The translations under genes were made by a program, and so were the position numbers. Source: the human T2T-CHM13v2.0 reference genome, Homo sapiens. Taken from it: a stretch of 64,000 nt of DNA. Positions 56,001 to 64,000 of the stretch are shown piece by piece (position 1 is the first letter of the stretch; every line of letters starts with the position of its first letter). The notes beneath the pieces are model-generated. The model had not been told where the DNA came from. It saw nothing but the letters and a program-made list of their open reading frames with translations, and searched no databases. The DNA is taken from the NCBI RefSeq assembly GCF_009914755.1, contig NC_060930.1, one strand, 5' to 3'.

Positions 56001-59000
56001 TGCAAACTAGTATAAACAGCTGTTACTGAAGTAAAATGCCACTGTTTGGGTGAAGAAGTGTTGCTGGGTGACACTGAAAGAAATAGGAAGCAAAACTGGA
56101 GTCAGAGGTAGCAGAGAGGAAAATAAACTTTCTCCTTTCCCAGACTTGCAGTCTTTCTCTAGCATCCCCTGTTGGCAGAGCCTAACAGGGAATTATCAGC
56201 AACACAGAAATAAATGTGTATTGCAGAGGTCCAGCATCACACAGCAGAGTGTAGGAGGATGGGCTTGATGCCGCGAGACAATAGCTTAATGATGGGCCCA
56301 ACCCACTGACATGTAAAAAATATATTCACCAAGCATGAGGGAAAACCAAAAATTCTAAGTGGTATTCTTGTAACTGATCTTGCACTTGACTTTCTACTTC
56401 CTTTCCATTCACCCCCACGTCAGCTCCTCTGGCTAAGAATATTTGCTGTTGAAACTTGAGCAAGATTTTTCTAACTTTGATGCACTTTTACATCAGAACC
56501 AATATGGAATCAAGCAGAGAATGTCTTTTGTAAAGGTTATCTAGATGATGCCTACTTCAGAGAGTTGTTTACTACTCTGAGAAAGGATTTTTTTTTTTAA
56601 AGACTACTCTTACTTAAGGAGGAAGAGCAAATTCTACCTGGGAAATGATTTACCACAGAGGTCTTATTCATGAGCAGAGGCAGTAGTAAAACTGCACTCA
56701 TCACGCCTTGGTCTTGAGAAATTCCTGGTCGGGGGGTGCTTCCTGAGTATGGGACAGAATCCATAATGCTCATAGTAGCCCCTTTCAAAACCTTTAGGCT
56801 TCACTATGGGCCTTCTTGACGGTTCTGAGTTGATGTAGATAATGAGAAATTGAGGTAATGAAAAATGTCCATTTGTTTTTTCTTTTAAACTGTCGAACCC
56901 AATCCATTATTGACACAAGTTTTTCTCCTGAAGTGTATAGAGATCTATACTCTATAGACAAATAGAAAAGTAGAACACTAGTTGGATTTTGCTGTGGACA
57001 TGGACTTTGGTTGCTGAAACAAGTATCTGTTTTATGTAAAGAATGTTCCATCAGCAGCCACTTTTTTTAAAAAGAGCACTTGGCAAATCTCTGGAAGCCG
57101 GCTTATGTAACTAACTGCCTCTTATGGTAGTATGTGAAGGCAGCACAGAACATATTGTTTCCCACTGTTTCTCTTTGAGAAATTAGTTTGGTGCCTGGCA
57201 AGAGGAGAGATGTGCAAGGGCAATATTCCTAGAAATAACTACCTGTGTACTTGCTGGAATTCCACACTGGATGGAGGCTCCTTTGTGAAAGGCAGGTGTT
57301 GATTTCTAGGCTGAGAGAGTACTAGCAGGGAGCTCCTCAAAGGAACTTGGAAAGAATTACTTAGGTCTCATTTCACACCCTGCATCTGATTTTTTAACTA
57401 AGTCCCTAAGAGAAAAGTGGCTACAGGTGTTGTAAACGACCCTTCCTTCAGTAAACTGATTGAAACTGAACACTGATCACAATTTCTTTGCATGAGAAAG
57501 ATAACTGGGCATGGAAAATTTTGATCTGAGAATATCTGAAAATTACATAAATAACATTAACAAGTGTTAGAGTGACAGAAACAATGAGGCCAGATTTGTT
57601 CTAACTTGAAAATGTAAGGGCTATTTAACGTATTTTAGGATGGAGGGAGTGCTAAGGATCGTTTATTTTTAGCTCCCATAAAAACTCAATTTCCTTCATA
57701 GTGGAATCAGTCCAAATTGAAGATTTGCTCTTGCACAGACACTGGACTCTCCCCAAAATTTTCAGATTAGCAGTCATACCCCAAAGAATAAACCTGGGCT
57801 AAAGCTGCAGGTTCTAGCACTGAGACAGAGATCATCTGCATTCCTGTTACCTAGTCAAGTGTCCTGGATAAATCACAAAAACATCGAAGTCTTAGGTCAC
57901 GTCACCAAGTCTCACGTTCCAAGAACTGTCAAGAGATTGCTTATGTAGCCACGGGCCAGACAGACAGGGGCTTTGTGAGACTATCCCTCAGGGGTGCTGG
58001 GGGTGTTTGCATTGTTAGCCTGGAAAAAGCTAGCCAGACCAACATAGTCACAGCAATTGAAAATCCTGAAGGCCCATCTATGACCAAATGTATTAATAAA
58101 TAAAAAGACCTATAAGAAACCTTCCCACCAGCATTAACCACACCAAAAGCAAGTCAAACCCAGGCTTCTCATAACTGGTTCTTGTTCCAACACAAGAGTG
58201 AGAAGAGCATCTTGCTGCGGCCAACGGTTACTATAGCTCTCCTTTTGTAGAAAGCCACCGTCTTCGAAGAGCTTACTAGGTGTCTCCACTAAAGAACAAA
58301 AAACATGGGTAAGACTGGTTTCCTCTCAAGTTATGACTCAGCTTTGATCACCACACTTCCACTTGAGCCTATTAACGTTCAGTGGACAGAATGTCACTCT
58401 TTTTCAATCAGCTGCTACAGCAAACAATAGCCTTGCTGCATTTCAGTCATATAGAAAGCCACAGAATATTTCCTTTTGACTCTCTTCTCTCCACATCAGA
58501 CCCACAGTCAGGCTCATGCTGAGGTCTATCTTCTCACAATCTACTAGAAAGTGGCCTGCCTCTACATGCTTACCCTGCTAAAATGAGAAGCAAGAAATAA
58601 ACAACTTCATGTTAATTATAAATAGGAGGCACTGGATATTAAACCTGCCCATAGAATAATGGAGAAGGAAAGCATTGCGCTCCCTTTCTCCTTGAGTCGG
58701 GAGCCATATCCCTTGCCAGAACAGTGAACTCTCACTGGGTAGCAGGAGAGGCCACTATGATAAGGACCCAAGCAGAAGCCTGGGGGTGGGGTCCTCACGA
58801 CCACTCACAGACCCCTGAACCTGGGGGGAGTAGCAGAGAACAGCCAAGAGCGACATGGACTGTCTTGCATTTTCCTCATCTCTTTATTCTAGAAAAAAAA
58901 AGAGGAAGGAAGAAAAAATGAAAGAAAAATGCTATAATTTTCTTTTCTCCATCTTTCTTGGAGATCAGAAAACAGTAGGTTCTGAAGATCTCCTCTGTGC

Positions 59001-59079
59001 TCATGGGCGCGTGAAAAATTTCATGATGCTTACTTGGCTTTGAGATTTTATTACCATTATTATTGTTATTTTATATTAA

Positions 59080-59330
59080 TATAAAAATAATAAAGATGTA
59101 TTGAGCTCCTTCTATGTGCCCAACACTATAAGCATAATAAATACTTTATCTCTTAATCCCCACAGCTCCCTATGAATTAGATACTATTGATACTAATATT
59201 ATCCCAAATTAAAAATTAGGAGCCTGAGGCATGAAAACGTGAACTCATTGGAGATCACACCACTCACAAATGGCAGAGCCAGGGTGCAGCCCTAGGTCCA
59301 GTGTCCCCAGAGCCCATTCTGCCATTCACT
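59080..59330 (-). mobile_element. MIR SINE
   Basis: TATTGAGCTCCTTCTATGTGCCAACAC...TAATCCCCACAGCTCCCTATGA...GGAGCCTGAGGC...AAATGGCAGAGCCAGGG. Confidence 0.75.
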
Positions 59331-59579
59331 TCAGGTCATTCTCTTCCCATTTAGAACACTGAACTTTTTATATCCTCAACAGACATAAATGCTCAGCTTC
59401 AAGAGCCAAACAAAAATAATTGTTACAAATTCCACTGTTTGTCTTCCCAGGGGGTGCATCTTAGAGTTATTAAATGTAATCCTCTGTTCCCCTTACTCCA
59501 GTAGTTTCTTTACCCCTTTGGGAGTGTCCTACCATTCTTCCCCATTTCTTCACATTCCCTCCTCCCCCCACCCTTACCC

Positions 59580-59910
59580 AGGCTGTCTGAATTCTATTCC
59601 GCCTTAAAGATGTAACTCAACTTCCACCTCTCCCAAAAAGGGCTTCTTCAACTCCTGTCACCTCCATCTCTGAATTTTTATAGCATTTAATGTTAATGCT
59701 ATTTACTTGGCATTTGTGTTTTTTGTGTTTTACTTTTTACTGTTAGTTCTATTTGAGAATAATTCATCTTGAGGCAGAATTCATTCTATCCCATTTTTTC
59801 ATTGAGATGAAACCCTTGAAGGCAAGGAACAAGTGTTCAAACATGTTTATGTGTTCACACACTCCACGCTCAGCATCTTGGACATAACAGACACTCAATA
59901 AATCACCTTT
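59580..59910 (+). mobile_element. L2 3' fragment
   Basis: CCTTGAAGGCAAGGAAC...CTTGGACATAACAGACACTCAATAAAT. Confidence 0.55.
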
Positions 59911-61469
59911 GAGAGCTAGGTTAGAAAGCCTATTGAAGCCTGTGATTTGAAACAGGCTGGGCTGGTAGAGAAAAAAGCTAGCCTGTCTTCTTAGAGCTCT
60001 AGAAAGTACTGTGGAATACATTTAAGAGTCTACGGAGTCCCTTCACGGGCAGAAAAGAGTCCTCTGACTCCTCGATTCCTAACCTCCCATGTCCCAACTT
60101 ATCTCAGTGGTCCCCTTAAACTCCTAAATTTTGAACCTAAAGTATGCAGAACATCAGATCCTGAAAAACAACGCCAACTTTTACTTGACGGTTTCACTTA
60201 CCCTCACACCTGTGGTTTTGAAGGTGTCAAGTTTCCTCTGAAGTCTTTCTGTGAAGCTTTATCCCCCTCATTTTTCCACCCTGCCAGTCAACCCTGTCAA
60301 CAGTGACAATCTCCTTGTCAAGCAGAAGCCACTCAAGCTATCAGTTTTCATTAGCCGTTTAGTTGGGATAATCCCTTTTTCCTACCAAACTGTTTCCTTC
60401 TAGGAACTGCTGATTCCTTTTATTTGGGGTTTTTCAGACTTCTCTAACTAAAGCCCCTCCACCCAGATGATTTCTCACTTTTCTGAAGATCTCCTTCAGC
60501 TAAAAAGATTTCCTATAACCTCATTTTCTATAGTTTGTATTATGAAAAAATGTGGTATATAACTTTTTTTTTCAAGCAACATATGGCAACTAAGAGTTTA
60601 GTATGCTCTAGAAAGGGGTATTTCCTCTGGGGAAATTTTTTATTATTTTTTGTTTTCAATATGACCTGCTTCTTTACCTCTTCCATTTCCTATTTAGAGC
60701 CCACCCATCCTTTGGTGACTTAAGTAAAAAACAAAACAAAACAAAACAAAAAACCTTTATCAACTTCAAAATTGTGTCATCTATTTTCATTCATATTGTT
60801 AAATTCACTAACCGAGAGGAAAGCTGTAAGATGGTAAATGTAACCATGCACAAGGTCCCCATTCATCAAGCTTGTGGAAGTGTTAATTTTGGAGACAAGT
60901 AAATAAGTAAATGTTCTAAACCTATTTTATCTCTTTCCTCCCATGACCATTTCTCCATTTTCTACCCATCAATTACTTGTCCTTATTGTCAATGTTTTAG
61001 AAAGTTTGAGTTTTAGGAAAGGCTAAGTAGCTCTTCAACTTCCTGTGAAGTTGAACTGTGGCCTGAGCTTAGCATCTCTCCAACACCTGCTCACACTTAC
61101 CATCCACCGCCCATCCCTCCCTTCTTTTCTGTTCCTGTATACTACCATGTTCTGTGAATGAGATATCACTACAAACTTATGTCCACAGAAAGAGAAAGCA
61201 TGAGGTAAGAAATAACAGAATGACTCCCTATAAGTGACTTAAGACATCTGATGAAGGTCTAAAAGCAGGTCCTTCTTCCCTCTCAGGCTAAGTCTTCACC
61301 TGGCCAAAATTCATGCAAAAGAAGCAGGTGACTAGAGTAGTGTGGACCAATGTATTTTTGTCAACCACTTTAAAGCAAACTGCTAGAAATATTGTCTTTC
61401 TTTCTTATCTTCTGATTTCCCTGAAAACAGCCAATAGCAAAGCAGAAGTTCTATCTTCCTTTCTAAAGG

Positions 61470-62063
<594 letters not shown>

Positions 62064-64000
62064 TCAAATCTGCTCTTTCAATATACCAATGATTCTTTCT
62101 GAAATATTGAAAAACTCCTTTTTTGTAGTTTAAACTACATTTCTAATCCTCTGCAAAATAAAATAAAACCAGCTATTTTTTGAACTACTTCTGAATAAAT
62201 ATTCAGAAGTTCTTCTCTTTCAATTTTTTTGAATAGTGAAGGAAATGGTTTTCTTTTGACAATTTTTAAAAGCATTCTAAGCCCACAAGAAAGAGATTGA
62301 GATCTCTTTAAATCTGACTCTGAGAACACAGAAGCTTTCAATAACAATCCAGATTACACTATTATAACATCAACATCTACCTTTCATCTGCAGATCTCAG
62401 GAAACATTATAAACACTGTCGCCTCAACCTTTGCATCAGTATTAATATACTCATTTTTAAAGCTGAAAAAAAATGATTTAGGGAGTTTGTAAAAGCCAAA
62501 CATGAAATTCTACTCTTCTGTTTAAATGTGCAAAATAAATGGATAAATGACAATGTTTTGGCTAAAAAAGAGGCAGGGCCTTTAGCTTGAAGAAGCAAAA
62601 TTGGAGGAGGCAGGACACTGTGACTGAACTCATTACTCTCATTTGATGACATCTGAAAAACATAACTTTTACAGTGCATTTTTCTCACCTCTACTATTGT
62701 ACCAGTTTAGTAGAATAGCGATCCTTGAATCAGCAAGAATAGCATGTTACCACCTCAAACTTATCCTAATTAAACTTTCACAAATATTTAATAAAATGTT
62801 TATTGTTTACTAAGAAAGTGACCTTTGGTCTGTTGGTACAGCCAAGGTAGATATTCTGAAAAACCTTTGCCTTATAAATGTTTGCGGAACCTCATGATAA
62901 AGGTTTCTGAAATGGCATGATAACACCTAGATAAATATTTCAATACATTTGAGGGTGTTTTAAGTAACCATATATTTCCTAAATGATCATTTAACATCTA
63001 AGTAACTTGCTTTTCTGTGAACACTATTCATTTAGGTGTAGATTCTCACATCATCTTTGAGAGGAAGATAAGCATTATTAGTCACTGAGAATTCAGTTAA
63101 CTTCATTGATTCATCTTTCAAAAATAAAATGCTGAATAATTGAAGAGACCAGAGGCCAACAACAGTGTCAAGGTAATTAAAATTACGTAGTTCTTCTTTG
63201 TTTAGAGATAGAAAGGAAGAAACAAATTTGAGTAGAAAGAATACAGAAAAGATGAAGGTCTAGTTAAGAAAAAGACAGGATAAGAAAACAAGAAAAATGA
63301 TAATTCATAAATACTTCAATTTCAGTGGGAAATAAAATCTATAAGCTCTGATGGCATCCTGAATGTTTGTTCTCATTTGCATTTTGGGGTAGTTTTTGAA
63401 GGGAAAACTTTTAGAAGAATTCGGGATATTACCCCAATTCTGATTTTCCAAGCATAAAGAGATTTTCTCTTCTCTTAGAGGCTTAAAATACCTGAAAGTG
63501 CAGAATTATTCATTTCAGAGATTCCTTTGCTTTTTCTAGAAGCCAAAATGTAAGATAAGCATCTGCACAGTGGGCTGGGACCTGTAGTGATCCCTATCCT
63601 TCTCCATACACCAACACCTGAGGGTGTGAACATTCCCATCAGTAACAGAGGTTTCCTGTGGACCAGATTCACAGAGGACCCAGGGCTGAGATGAGTGGCA
63701 GCACTTTGTCCAAATGGTATCTGTGCAGGTAAAAATGAGAAAAAGGTAGCACTCACTCAATTCCCTCCAGGATAGCCAACTGACCAGGCTCAGAAGGGGT
63801 CCCATCCTGCTCCTCAAAAAAGAGGAAATCAGCTCATCACATCAAGAATATTCTCTCTTCTTTTGATCACCACTGTGAGCACACTCATAAGACACTGGCA
63901 CCAGAAAGCAAGAGAGTTGACACAGAAGTGGCTGACCACACACCAAGCCACAAGGGCACAGCCGTGAGTCTTACAGCCCCTCTCAGAGACAGGGAAAAGG

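Overview
AT-rich (roughly 40% GC by eye) primate genomic DNA, most likely human: it carries AluJ/S/Y elements, old L1M, L2, MIR, MaLR LTRs and a HERV-K-class LTR. I see no credible host protein-coding exon or RNA gene. The supplied ORFs are either repeat-derived (Alu, L1 ORF2, retroviral gag) or chance ORFs, so the window looks intergenic or intronic, and I cannot name the locus from sequence alone. The outstanding structure is a minus-strand HERV-K11/HML-8-type provirus stub: a full MER11 LTR, a PBS, a leader and about 370 bp of frameshifted gag (26323-27915). It is flanked not by the usual ~6-bp target-site duplication but by a 433/434-bp direct duplication of host DNA (25890-26322 and 27916-28349; 5 substitutions and 1 indel). 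Other points of note are a ~160-bp old dispersed duplication (37189-37350 and 39267-39428), a near-complete ancient MaLR (MLT1 LTR-int-LTR), dense AP-1 motif clusters, several NRF2/ARE motifs, an AP-1/NF-kB/RUNX composite, and several template-switch micro-duplications. Repeat family names come from my recognition of consensus sequences, not from a database search, and boundaries of old repeats are approximate.
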